Below the pieces are notes generated by a model that was given only the letters and a program-made list of their open reading frames with translations, was not told the DNA's origin and made no database searches. Positions 1 through 14,269 of a stretch of DNA of 64,000 bases are shown here, piece after piece. A program made the position numbers and the translations under genes. Where the stretch lies: contig OX597816.1 in assembly GCA_951406725.2 (NCBI GenBank), positions 57,412,001 to 57,476,000 on the forward strand, given 5' to 3'. This stretch comes from Octopus vulgaris (Eukaryota). Each line of letters starts with the position of its first letter. Within the stretch, counting starts at the first letter, position 1.

Positions 1-386
1 TCTACTGTACCGTGTTGTTGCGTTCTTCTCGGTATCGCAGCTATTTCTGACATTCGAAGAGGAGTTATTTAACGTACGAACGCAGCCGGAAATCATAGGA
101 TAGGATCGTAGTTTGGTAAATAAAAAAATAAAAAATGACAGCAGTTTTATCTTTTAAACAAACCATTTGCAAGCTGATACGTTTCAGGTCAATGCAAATG
201 AGCAACAATAATAGTCTACACCAACCGAACCGTGACAGCCAGGAAGAGATAATAATAATAATAATAATAATAATAGTGTTCAACTCGATACTGCATTTAC
301 AGTTATGACGAGGTGTAAATTAAGATACCGGATACTGTGTGAGTTCATTCTACATATGTGTGTGCTTACATACATACATACGTGCA

Positions 387-1255
<869 letters not shown>

Positions 1256-1408
1256 GTGTGTGGACATACACACGAACACGACCTGTGTGTATGTGAGTAT
1301 ATCTGAATACAGCAGTTGTATGTGTAGGTATGTTGAAGTGTTTTCTCTTACTTATTTGTATAAATACGTTTCCTTTAGATTACTTTAATATATATCTATA
1401 CAAGTGTA

Positions 1409-1451
<43 letters not shown>

Positions 1452-1630
1452 ATATATAATAATAATAATATGTATATATATATTATATGTATATATATAT
1501 CTGTGTGTATAAATATATATATATATGTATATGCATAGATATATATGCATATATATATAAATATATATATATATATATTATATATAATATATATATGTAA
1601 ATGTATATGCAAATGTATATGTAAATATAT

Positions 1631-1988
1631 GCAGCAGGGGATTGCAGCAAATGGAGGAAAATGTGTTTTTTAAAGACTAGAGAATTTGAAAGTAACCGTC
1701 TTCGTCATAGGGACGCCCTTCGTGCAAATTTGAAAGCAACGCATCAGCAAAATCCACCAAACAATGACTGTGTGTGTCACTGTGGGTTTAAAGCACGAAG
1801 CAAAGCTGGGTTAGCTGTCCACTCGAGAAGACATTTTGAACCAACGAATACGTGCAAGTGTACCATTTGCGAGAAAGTGTGCAAGACATCTGCTGGATTG
1901 AAAGTACACATGCGGTGTCACAAGGCTTAGGAATTGTTGAAGGTTATTTACTGAACCCTCATTCATCGTCTTCGATGAGAGAATCCAC
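1631..1988 (+). mobile_element. 5'-truncated RTE-clade LINE 3' end (ORF C-terminus with two C2H2-type fingers and a short 3' UTR)
   Basis: Translation ...[33 protein letters not shown]...CHCGFKARSKAGLAVHSRRH...CTICEKVCKTSAGLKVHMRCHKA* fits the RTE C-terminal pattern DRxxWR...FE..R...CxxC...SxxGLxxHxRxH. The 3' UTR has the hairpin TCATCG-TCTT-CGATGA. An N gap follows, then (GT)n. Confidence 0.75.
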
Positions 1989-2088
1989 NNNNNNNNNNNN
2001 NNNNNNNNNNNNNNNNNNNNNNNNNNNNNNNNNNNNNNNNNNNNNNNNNNNNNNNNNNNNNNNNNNNNNNNNNNNNNNNNNNNNNNNN
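1989..2088. other. Assembly gap (100 N)
   Basis: Run of N. Confidence 1.
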
Positions 2089-4553
<2,465 letters not shown>

Positions 4554-5004
4554 TCCGTTTTTAACAGAGAGAGACGTATTGCCTCTTCTCTGTGAAAAAG
4601 TTTGCATACATCGGCGAAATAACCCACTGTAGTTGCAAAACGTAAAACTCTAAGTCATAGAGATCACTACAACACTTTGGTTAAAAATATTTTTAAAAAT
4701 ATATATATAAATATATACATATACACAGTAATTTTCATTTTCGCCGAAACGCACATGGTGCAAAAATAACTGAATCAAGTTATCTCCTGCAAGAAAGAAA
4801 AAAGAAGCATCTCTCCTGAAAAAAAATCCCGTAAACCAAAAAAAAAATAATCCAGACCACATTGTTGGATTAAGTATCAATTTCATCTATTTCATATTTT
4901 ATTTATTATTCTATTTTATCTTTCACTTAGGCCCACATCTTAGTTAAAGTTGCGATCGTCATTTGGTTTGTTTACATTTTCAATAACTGTTCTCGATATA
5001 ATAA

Positions 5005-6146
5005 TTTTCCAGATACTCTATCTTCTAATTAGCCTTAAGACTAAATTAAATAACGTTTAATATTGATACCGTCAAATTAGCCTTAGGATTAAATTAAATA
5101 ACGTTTAATATTGTTTAATATTGTTAATAATTATTGTTAATTAGCCTTAAGATTAAATTAAATAACGTTTAATATTGTTTTAATATTGTTAATAATTTTT
5201 CAGATACTCTATCTTCTAATTAGCCTTAAGATTAAATTAAATAACGTTTAATATTAATAACGTCTAATTAGCCTTAGGATTAAATTAAATAACGTTTAAT
5301 ATTGTTAATAATTATTGTTAATTAGCCTTAGGATTAAATTAAATAACGTTTAATATTGTTTAATATTGTTAATAATTACTGTTAATTAGCCTTAAGATTA
5401 AATTAAATAACGTTTAATATTGTTTAATATTGTTAATAATTATTGTTAATTAGCCTTAGGATTAAATTAAATAACGTTTAATATCGTTTAATATTGTTTA
5501 ATATTGTTAATAATTATTGTTAATTAGCCTTAAGATTAAATTAAATAACGTTTAATATTACCCACACTCTAATATAATATTAACATTGCTAATATATTTT
5601 CAGATACTCTATCTCCTGATTAGCCTTAAGATTAAATAACGTTTTTATCCACACTCTAATATAATATTAATATTGCTAATATATTTTCAGATACTCTATC
5701 TTCTAATTAGCCTTAAGATTAAATTAAATAACGTTTAATATTAATAACGTCTAATTAGCCTTAAGATTAAATTAAATAACGGTTAATATTGCTTAATATT
5801 GTATATATAATTTTTCAGATACTCTGTCTTCTAATTAGCCTTAAGATTAAATTAAATAACGTTTAATATTACCCACACTCTAATATAATATTAATATTGC
5901 TAATATATTTTCAGATACTCTATCTCCAAATTAGCCTTAAGATTAAATAACGTATTTTTTGGTTTTTTTTTTTTTTTTTTACCCACACTCTAATATAATA
6001 TTAATATTGCTAATATATTTTCAGATACTCTATCTCCTAATTAGCCTTAAGATTAAATAACGTTTTTACCCAAATAACGTTTTTACACAAACTTTAATAT
6101 TGTTAATATTTCTTTTTCAAGTACTCTATCTTCTAATTAGCCTTAA
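5005..6146 (+). repeat. AT-rich tandem monomer array in the LINE leader (16 copies of the core TTAGCCTTA, mostly within TAATTAGCCTTAAGATTAAATTAAATAACGTTT)
   Basis: 16 occurrences of TAGCCTTA counted, with variable spacers and a secondary module TTTTCAGATACTCTATCT. Confidence 0.95.
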
Positions 6147-6207
6147 TATCTTCCTGTCTTCTCTCGAACATAATTAGATAGATAAACGGATAGACGGATT
6201 ATCCAGC

Positions 6208-7119
6208 ATGTCCAGAGCATGGAGACGTGACGAGCTGGATTTATTCGTACGAGCATGGGAGTGCGCCGGCGGAGATAGCCCTAGCGAGGTGATTGCGGCT
6301 GCGCTGAAGAGCAGAGGCTACAAGAGGACAGCGGCTCAGATGGAGCGAAAGAGACAGGAATTCGTGCGCTCATATGCGCTTGTACGGTCGCACATTGGCG
6401 CACTTGATGCCATCTTTGAGAACGAGCGGGGCAAAGATGGCAAGAATGGAGACGATGAAAGAAGTCACCCTCACCTGGTGGACGCCCGGGAGGAGGTTTT
6501 GAATGAGAAACCTGCCCGGGAAGTGAACCCAGGTGCAAGTCCTCCAACCGGCAGCAAGGGCCATGGAGACGGAGAACCCGGTGAAGAGGTAGAGGGAGGA
6601 AGAAGAACTAAAAGAAGGACTGGAAGAGCTAAAGGAAAAGAAAAAGCTCAAGCAGGACCAAAGAGAGAAACAACCAGGAGTAGAAGTGGAACCGCAAAGG
6701 ATGGAACCAAACAGCGCACACGGGTGTGTATGTTCTACCTGAGAGGTTCCTGCTGGCACGGAAAGGAAGGTGCAGGCTGCCGCTTTGCACATCGGGGACC
6801 CTGCCACAGAGACACGAGGCAGATGGACAAACCATCAACACAAAGAAAAGGGATGGACTACGCACCACCTGCCCCAAAGCGGAGGTACGCAGATGTTGTG
6901 CGCGCCACAAACAGCCAACATGATGTTGTCGAAAGAGCAGCTGCTGAGCAACAATCTTTTTTGTGCATGGCACAAAAGATTGTACAGCAGCTGACCTGGC
7001 TTCATCAAACCCAAGCCCGCAGGTGGGACTACCCACTATATACCAGACCACCACAGCAAACAGACACAGGATGGACACCGCCGGCAACAATGTACACCTC
7101 ACCTCGATACTCCTACTGA
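6208..7119 (+). CDS. LINE ORF1 (303 aa): N-terminal Myb/SANT-trihelix-like domain, basic linker, CCCH zinc finger
   Basis: ATG-started ORF directly upstream of ORF2. Contains WRRDELDLFVRAW...IAAALKSRGYKRTAAQMERKRQEFVRSY and CMFYLRGSCWHGKEGAGCRFAH (C-x7-C-x8-C-x3-H). Confidence 0.85.
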   Translation: MSRAWRRDELDLFVRAWECAGGDSPSEVIAAALKSRGYKRTAAQMERKRQEFVRSYALVRSHIGALDAIFENERGKDGKNGDDERSHPHLVDAREEVLNEKPAREVNPGASPPTGSKGHGDGEPGEEVEGGRRTKRRTGRAKGKEKAQAGPKRETTRSRSGTAKDGTKQRTRVCMFYLRGSCWHGKEGAGCRFAHRGPCHRDTRQMDKPSTQRKGMDYAPPAPKRRYADVVRATNSQHDVVERAAAEQQSFLCMAQKIVQQLTWLHQTQARRWDYPLYTRPPQQTDTGWTPPATMYTSPRYSY

Positions 7120-10067
7120 ACATCAGAGGACTGCAAACACTCAGTAACAGGACAAAGATCCCGTTCCTGAGAGACTTTGTTGCATGCAATCAAGCCTTAT
7201 GCATAGCACTTACAGAAACGCACCTGAAACCGGACATAGCAGATGCGGAGTTACACATACCACAGTATGCTGTACTACGGACCGACAGGAAAGAAAGGAG
7301 TCATGGAGGTGTTGCTATGTACATCCGTGAGGACCTCACACCCCAGGTACTCTTGTCATACTCAAACTCGGTGTGTGACACACTAATTGTACATATTAGG
7401 CAACTTGATGTAGTTGTGTGTGCTACATATCGCCCTCCAGATGCCCCAAGCCATGTGGGCAAGTTTGAAGACTGCCTTATAAAAATAGAAGAAATTCTAA
7501 CCACATTAGAACAACACATAGGTGTGCTTCTTATGGGAGACTTCAATCTGCCCAATGTCAGATGGCCCGAGGGCCTTTCTCTCCCAGGAATGACAAGATG
7601 TGAACGAGGACAGGCGAGGTCCCTCCTGAACCTCATCAACACCCTGTACATGGAGCAGGTAATACTCCAACCAACCAGGGCAGGTAACACACTGGATCTC
7701 TGCTTCACAAATGACATGGATCTCATCCATAATGTGAAAGTGACACCGACACTACTCTCGGATCACAACATGATAGAGCTGACCATGTACGGGCCAAAAG
7801 AGAGCACGGACATGCAGCCTACAAGAAACCCTCAAAATCTTTCCAGCTTGAACTACCATAAGGCAAACTGGAAACAAATTGAGAAAGAGATCCTCAAACA
7901 ACACTGGCCTAAATGTCTCTCCTCGCCAGACATCGACGTGAAACTTCAACAATTCATGTCTGTAATGCAAGCCATATGCTACAAATGTGTCCCAGAGAGA
8001 AAGGCCACTGTACACAAGAACAAAATCCCCAGAGAGAGGAAAATTTTAATGAGACGGCGTACGAAATTTTCAAATCGCCTAAACAAACAGATTGAAAGCA
8101 GTGAAAAGTCCCGCCTAAAAATAAAACTGTTGGAAATCGAAAAATGTCTGCAACTCTCCCATGAAAAAGAAAGAGCAGACAAAGAAGCCTGGGCTATAGA
8201 AAACATAAAATCTAACCCCAGAGCTTTCTACAGGTATGCCAAAGAAACAGCTACAGTGCACTGTAGAATAGGGCCACTCCTCGAAAAGGATGGCACACTT
8301 ACAGGAAAACCAATGAGGGTAAGTGAAATACTGAATGAGCAATTCAAGAGTGTTTTCACTCCACCCCTTGGGCATCTCCAAATCACCAATCCAACTGACT
8401 TTTTTACCACTGCAGATATAAAATCAGAGGCGGCGACGATAGATTACATCGATATAAAGGAAGACGATGTAACCAAGGCTATAGATGAAATGAAAACAGA
8501 CTCAGCTACTGGCCCCGATGGATTCCCGGCAATCCTCCTAAAAGCATGTAAGAGAGTCCTAGCAAGACCACTGCAGTTCCTCTTTCAGAGCTTCCTTGCA
8601 GCTGGCAAACTTCCAGGAAAACTGAAGGAAGGTAAAATATGCCCCATTCATAAAGGAGGTAGCAGAGCGGAAGCCAAGAACTATAGACCTATCTCTCTGA
8701 CCTCACACATCAGTAAGGTCATGGAACGAAGAGTCAGAAGGAAGCTGATCACCTTCCTTGAAGAGAATGACTTGCTGCCCGACACCCAACATGGTTTCCG
8801 ACCAGGGAGAAGCTGTTTAACTCAGCTCCTACAACACTATGACTGGGTGCTGAAACGGCTGCTCAACCACTCAAATGTGGAAGTGATATATCTCGACTTT
8901 GCAAAGGCCTTTGATAAAGTCGATCATGGAATGATATGTCACAAACTGCGTGATCTCAACATAGTTGGAAAACTGGGAGAATGGCTTCATGACTTTCTGA
9001 AGGATAGAAGTCAGGTGGTAGTAGCCAATGGGGCCACCTCCATTAACACACAAATAGTGAGCGGTGTTCCGCAGGGCACTGTTCTGGGACCACTACTGTT
9101 CATAATGGCCCTCTCAGACATGCCCTCAGCCACGCAGAGAGCCACGATCACAAGTTATGCAGATGATACAAAAGTTTCACAGGCAATACAGAACCCTGAG
9201 GACACTAAACACCTGCAATGTGAGCTGGACGAAATATACAAGTGGGCTGAAAAGAATAGCATGCAGTTCAATGCTGGAAAGTTTCAAGCTTTATACTATC
9301 AGCATGCAAAACTGAATGCAATACCCAATGAATACACTGGACCCGGAGGGATTGCAATCCCAGAGGCACAATCAGTGCGTGACCTGGGTATTCACATGAG
9401 TGATGACGCGACCTTTCATGTACATGTTGCTAAACTGACAATGAAATGTAGACGGCTGGCTGGATGGATTCTTAGAACCTTTAGAACAAGAGAACAAGAA
9501 ACCATGATGGTCCTCTGGAAGACACTTGTCCTAAGCCACTTTGACTATTGCTCTCAGCTATGGTCACCATCCAGTGTCAAGTTGATCACAGAACTTGAGG
9601 CGATCCAACGAAGCTACACAAAGAAGATAGCCTCTATGCAGAATGTAAGCTACTGGGAAAGACTCAAGAGATTAAAATTATATTCCCTGGAGCGTAGGCG
9701 GGAAAGATATGCCATAATATACATCTGGAAGATCCTGGAGGGAAGTGTCCTGAACTTTGGCATCGAGAGTTACGCAAATGCCAGAACTGGGCGCCACTGC
9801 GTGGTGCCTAGGACTCCAAACCTGCCATCAAGATGTAGGACAAGATTCTGTGATAGCCTGGGCTTCCGAGGCCCACAGCTCTTCAATATCCTCCCGAAGA
9901 ACCTGAGAGACCTGCATGGGGTGGATACAGATGTCTTTAAAATGAAGCTGGATCTCTTCCTGTCAGGTGTCCCAGATGAACCAACTTCACGGCAGGAGGG
10001 GCAGATGAGGGCAGCTGCATCGAACTCTCTCATGCACCAAATAGCAGTTGCTAGAAAGCCTCCATGA
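7071..10067 (+). CDS. LINE ORF2: AP-endonuclease plus reverse transcriptase (frame open from 6948; first ATG 7071)
   Basis: APE motifs LNIRGL, ALTETHL, GGVAMY, YRPP, MGDFNLP, PTR..NTLDL, SDH. RT motifs TGPDG, YRPISLTS, QHGFRPGRSC, YLDFAKAFDKV, SGVPQGTVLGPLLF, YADD. CR1-type C-terminus YWERLKRLKLYSLERRR. No stops or frameshifts. Confidence 0.97.
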   Translation: MDTAGNNVHLTSILLLNIRGLQTLSNRTKIPFLRDFVACNQALCIALTETHLKPDIADAELHIPQYAVLRTDRKERSHGGVAMYIREDLTPQVLLSYSNSVCDTLIVHIRQLDVVVCATYRPPDAPSHVGKFEDCLIKIEEILTTLEQHIGVLLMGDFNLPNVRWPEGLSLPGMTRCERGQARSLLNLINTLYMEQVILQPTRAGNTLDLCFTNDMDLIHNVKVTPTLLSDHNMIELTMYGPKESTDMQPTRNPQNLSSLNYHKANWKQIEKEILKQHWPKCLSSPDIDVKLQQFMSVMQAICYKCVPERKATVHKNKIPRERKILMRRRTKFSNRLNKQIESSEKSRLKIKLLEIEKCLQLSHEKERADKEAWAIENIKSNPRAFYRYAKETATVHCRIGPLLEKDGTLTGKPMRVSEILNEQFKSVFTPPLGHLQITNPTDFFTTADIKSEAATIDYIDIKEDDVTKAIDEMKTDSATGPDGFPAILLKACKRVLARPLQFLFQSFLAAGKLPGKLKEGKICPIHKGGSRAEAKNYRPISLTSHISKVMERRVRRKLITFLEENDLLPDTQHGFRPGRSCLTQLLQHYDWVLKRLLNHSNVEVIYLDFAKAFDKVDHGMICHKLRDLNIVGKLGEWLHDFLKDRSQVVVANGATSINTQIVSGVPQGTVLGPLLFIMALSDMPSATQRATITSYADDTKVSQAIQNPEDTKHLQCELDEIYKWAEKNSMQFNAGKFQALYYQHAKLNAIPNEYTGPGGIAIPEAQSVRDLGIHMSDDATFHVHVAKLTMKCRRLAGWILRTFRTREQETMMVLWKTLVLSHFDYCSQLWSPSSVKLITELEAIQRSYTKKIASMQNVSYWERLKRLKLYSLERRRERYAIIYIWKILEGSVLNFGIESYANARTGRHCVVPRTPNLPSRCRTRFCDSLGFRGPQLFNILPKNLRDLHGVDTDVFKMKLDLFLSGVPDEPTSRQEGQMRAAASNSLMHQIAVARKPP

Positions 10068-10157
10068 AGTGAAACCAAGTAGCAACACCAAATGGCGGTG
10101 CCCCTAGCATGGCCACAGCTCATGAGCTGAAACTGGAATCAATCAATCAATCAATCA

Positions 10158-11191
<1,034 letters not shown>

Positions 11192-11514
11192 TTATATTTA
11201 TGTATATACTTGTGTGCGTGCGCTTGCACCATATACCCGGAATAAGTTTTCTTCCTCTGGGACATATATTCTAGATAGCATACTCAAAAGTCCACCCTCT
11301 TTAACGCCACAATCTGGTCCTTGGGGACTTGTGACCATGTTTGTCCTCCCTGTTGCCAGCATCGTTTTCCAAACACCACACCCGACAGATATCGATCTAC
11401 AGATATTCAGGTGAAATATCAAACATCAGTCTCACCTGCAGAGATTACTGTTACTGGCAACTTCTCTTCCTCCCTCTCCAGCTTAGAAAAGTAAATATAT
11501 ACTCACCAGCACAT

Positions 11515-11695
11515 GAAACCTGCTAGAAATAGCAACCAAATTCTCTTAAATCACACACTGCAAGGACACATTGGACCACAAGATCTTAGATATACAAAAA
11601 TACAGCTTGTTTAGAGCTGCTATGTCTCCGATCATAGGTTTCTGTTCAACCACAGTTGGCCTAGGGCTACACAAGATCAACAACAGTAACAACAT
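11515..11695 (+). mobile_element. Dispersed SINE-like repeat with (CAA)n tail (CTGCTAGAAATAGCA... family); related pieces near 17085-17260 (+), 19200-19350 and 39340-39590 (-)
   Basis: Shared motifs TAGAAATAGCA, GATCATAGGT and CAACAAC tails among the copies. Confidence 0.55.
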
Positions 11696-11843
11696 ACATA
11701 AACTTGTATATATAATATACACATGCACACTCATACTGACGTATATATACACATACACGCATCCAAAATATAAACACACATGCGTTTACAACAATACACT
11801 CAACTACAAGCATGTGTGCGTATAAAGTATATATATATATATG

Positions 11844-11923
<80 letters not shown>

Positions 11924-12189
11924 GGGATGTATATCAATGATGGGAATAAAGTTGGTCTGTCTTGACTCAGTGAATAATATTAATACAAAATAAAGAAAGG
12001 GGTCTCGAAACAGGAAAGAGGTGGGTTCGGGTAGGGTATCAAGATGGGAAAGGGCCGGGTAGGAAACGGGTATAGCCACGTTGAAAGGTGTCGTGGACAG
12101 AAGGGTTGTGTTGTCACATGAAACGGGTTTCCGGGGCTGCTCTGAGCATGCATTATTAATATCAGCGGGGAAGACAATAGAAGGCTATT

Positions 12190-12235
12190 TATCATAGATT
12201 TACATATCTGGTGCGTGTGGATGCGCAGGTATGTA

Positions 12236-12276
<41 letters not shown>

Positions 12277-12377
12277 GGTTATATATAATTTATGTAAATA
12301 GATTTGTGTCTTTCAAATGTGTGATATATATATACGTGTGTGTGTGTATGCGCAGGTATCTATTTCCACGCAGACAT

Positions 12378-12413
<36 letters not shown>

Positions 12414-12540
12414 GGTTCTATGTAAATTATGTAAATAGATTTATGTGTGTATGCATGTACGTATGTGTATTTCAACTGTGTGATATATACGTATATACGT
12501 GCGTGTATGTGTATCCGCAGGTATCTATTTTCACGCACAC

Positions 12541-12580
<40 letters not shown>

Positions 12581-12620
12581 ACACATACACACAGCAGATT
12601 CTATGTAAATTATGTAAATC
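12190..12620. repeat. Three imperfect 110-190 bp tandem units built around (AC)n
   Basis: Recurring CGCAGGTAT...(AC)n...TTATGTAAAT. Confidence 0.8.
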
Positions 12621-12942
12621 TTGGGCAAGTGTCTTCTACTATTGCCCCGGGCCGACCAATGCCTTGTGAGTGGATTTGGTAGACGGAAACTGAAAGAAGC
12701 CTGTCGTATATATGTATATATATATATATATGCATGTGTGTGTTTGTGTGTCTGTGTTTGTCCCACTAGCATTGCTTGACAACCGATGCTGGTGTGTTTA
12801 CGTCTCCGTCACTTAGCGGTTCGGCAAAAGAGACCGATAGAATAAGTACTGGGCTTATAAAGAATAAGTCCCGGGGTCGATTTGCTCGACTAAAGGCGGT
12901 GCTCCAGCATGGCCGCAGCCAAATGACTGAAACAAGTAAAAG
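12620..12942 (+). mobile_element. SINE family B (tRNA-head, CORE-like), 5'-truncated
   Basis: TTGGGCAAGTGTCTTCTACT...GGATTTGGTAGACGGAAACTGAAAGAAGCC...GGCGGTGCTCCAGCATGGCCGCAG; many near-identical copies in the window. Confidence 0.9.
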
Positions 12943-13035
12943 ATATATGTGTGTGTTTATGTTTGTTTATAACAAAACCAATTTTACATGAATTTGGTGG
13001 GTCACACTGTAGTTTTGTGCTAATTTATACTAATC

Positions 13036-13151
13036 TATTGTTATTAAACAAGAATAATTGTCTGTGACTTCCAAGTTTTGACCAGTTAAGCCATTGTCAG
13101 ACTACCAAAACTTCGAAATCATTGTCAATAATATTCTTGTTTAAGAATAAT

Positions 13152-13152
<1 letters not shown>
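13036..13152. mobile_element. Palindromic element with hammerhead relics (copy 1)
   Basis: Arms TATTGTTATTAAACAAGAATAATTGTCTGTGACTTCCAAGTTTTG and CAAAACTTCGAAATCATTGTCAATAATATTCTTGTTTAAGAATAATA are imperfect reverse complements. Minus strand reads CTGACAA..CAAAA-CTTGGAAG-TC. Confidence 0.6.
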
Positions 13153-13184
<32 letters not shown>

Positions 13185-13189
13185 TAAAT

Positions 13190-13480
13190 ATGGCCTAGTG
13201 GTTAGGGCGTTGCACTGCGATCTAGCGATCGTAGTTTCAATACCTAGACCTGGTGGTGCGTTGTGTTCTTGAGCAAGACACTTTATCTCGTGTTGCTCTT
13301 CGTTCACTTCGACACCTGACCCGTGCGTGGCATACCGTGCACCTGTTCTGACAACATCGATTCGATGGAGATTTTGATCATTATAAACAAATCATTTATG
13401 CAGGTTTCTCGGCAAAAGCTGAATGCTCCTACGTCGCCTTCGACGTACGAGCATTCATACACGTTTGGCAAACCACATCG
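13190..13480 (+). mobile_element. SINE family C (tRNA-like head, TGTGT(C/T)(C/T)TTGAGCAAGACACTTTAT body); other copies 26208-26515, 32155-32235, 46300-46480 plus 46885-46930
   Basis: A-box TGGCCTAGTGGTTAG, a degenerate B-box, and a body shared among the copies. Confidence 0.75.
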
Positions 13481-13601
13481 ATAGATTAAGTACTAGACTA
13501 AAATCAGTGCTCCAGCATGGCCGTAGTCACATTACCGAAACAATTAAAATAATAAAAGACTATGCCATTTTAACCCCGAGCAGCGCTGGGTATATCTGCC
13601 A

Positions 13602-13653
<52 letters not shown>

Positions 13654-14269
13654 GTTTGTATATATATATCTGGATATTTGTTTATTTTATATATTAAGTA
13701 ATACGTGCATCATGTTTAGTATATTGATATTATTATTAATATTTTTAAAGTTACTTATAACCTATGGTTCTTTTAACATATAAGTATTATATTTTTTAAA
13801 TGCCTACAACCTTAGTATGCTGACATATATAGGCAATGAAAATTAGATTCACTTTTGACCATAGGCTGAAACAGCTGTAAGAAGTAATTTTTAGGATTTC
13901 ATTAATTTATAATTTGACTTTTAAAATCTGTATTTGTATCATTATCTTATCTATTGGTTTATATAATATTTTTGTATGCTTTTGATGTTCTCATTTGTAA
14001 ATTGAATGAATAATCTAACATTACAATATCCGTAAGTTGATGAACAAACCAAATTTGTTTCTCCATTTTCTTATTTGTATTATAAATTTACGGTAAAAAT
14101 ATTTCTTTACCTTCACCCGTTTAATACAATAAATGAATTAATTGCATTGCAATTAAAAACATTTATGTATTAAGAATTTGGGTACTTTACCAACAGTATA
14201 TTGGATAAATGATATCCCGTAGTGGGTTACACCCATAACCCCTATCTTACTTTGTACTATATATAGATA

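Larger units (their letters stand above)
4550..10156 (+). mobile_element. Apparently full-length non-LTR retrotransposon (APE-type LINE, CR1/L2 group) inserted in (TA)n
   Basis: Complex sequence starts abruptly after (TA)n at 4550 and is followed by a long leader, ORF1, an intact ORF2, a short 3' UTR and an (AATC)n tail at 10137-10156; (TA)n then resumes. Assigning 4550-6207 to the element is inference. Confidence 0.9.

Noticed and set aside
1661-1930. Host C2H2 zinc-finger gene
   Set aside because: The linker is not TGEKP-type, and the upstream motif and 3' hairpin fit an RTE LINE end.
5005-6146. CRISPR-like repeat/spacer array
   Set aside because: The spacers are themselves repeated and variable in length, the context is eukaryotic, and there are no cas genes.
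11990-12180. Possible Penelope GIY-YIG C-terminal relic (minus strand); similar hint at 29250-29400
   Set aside because: Only faint motif resemblance across frameshifts; cannot be supported without a profile search.
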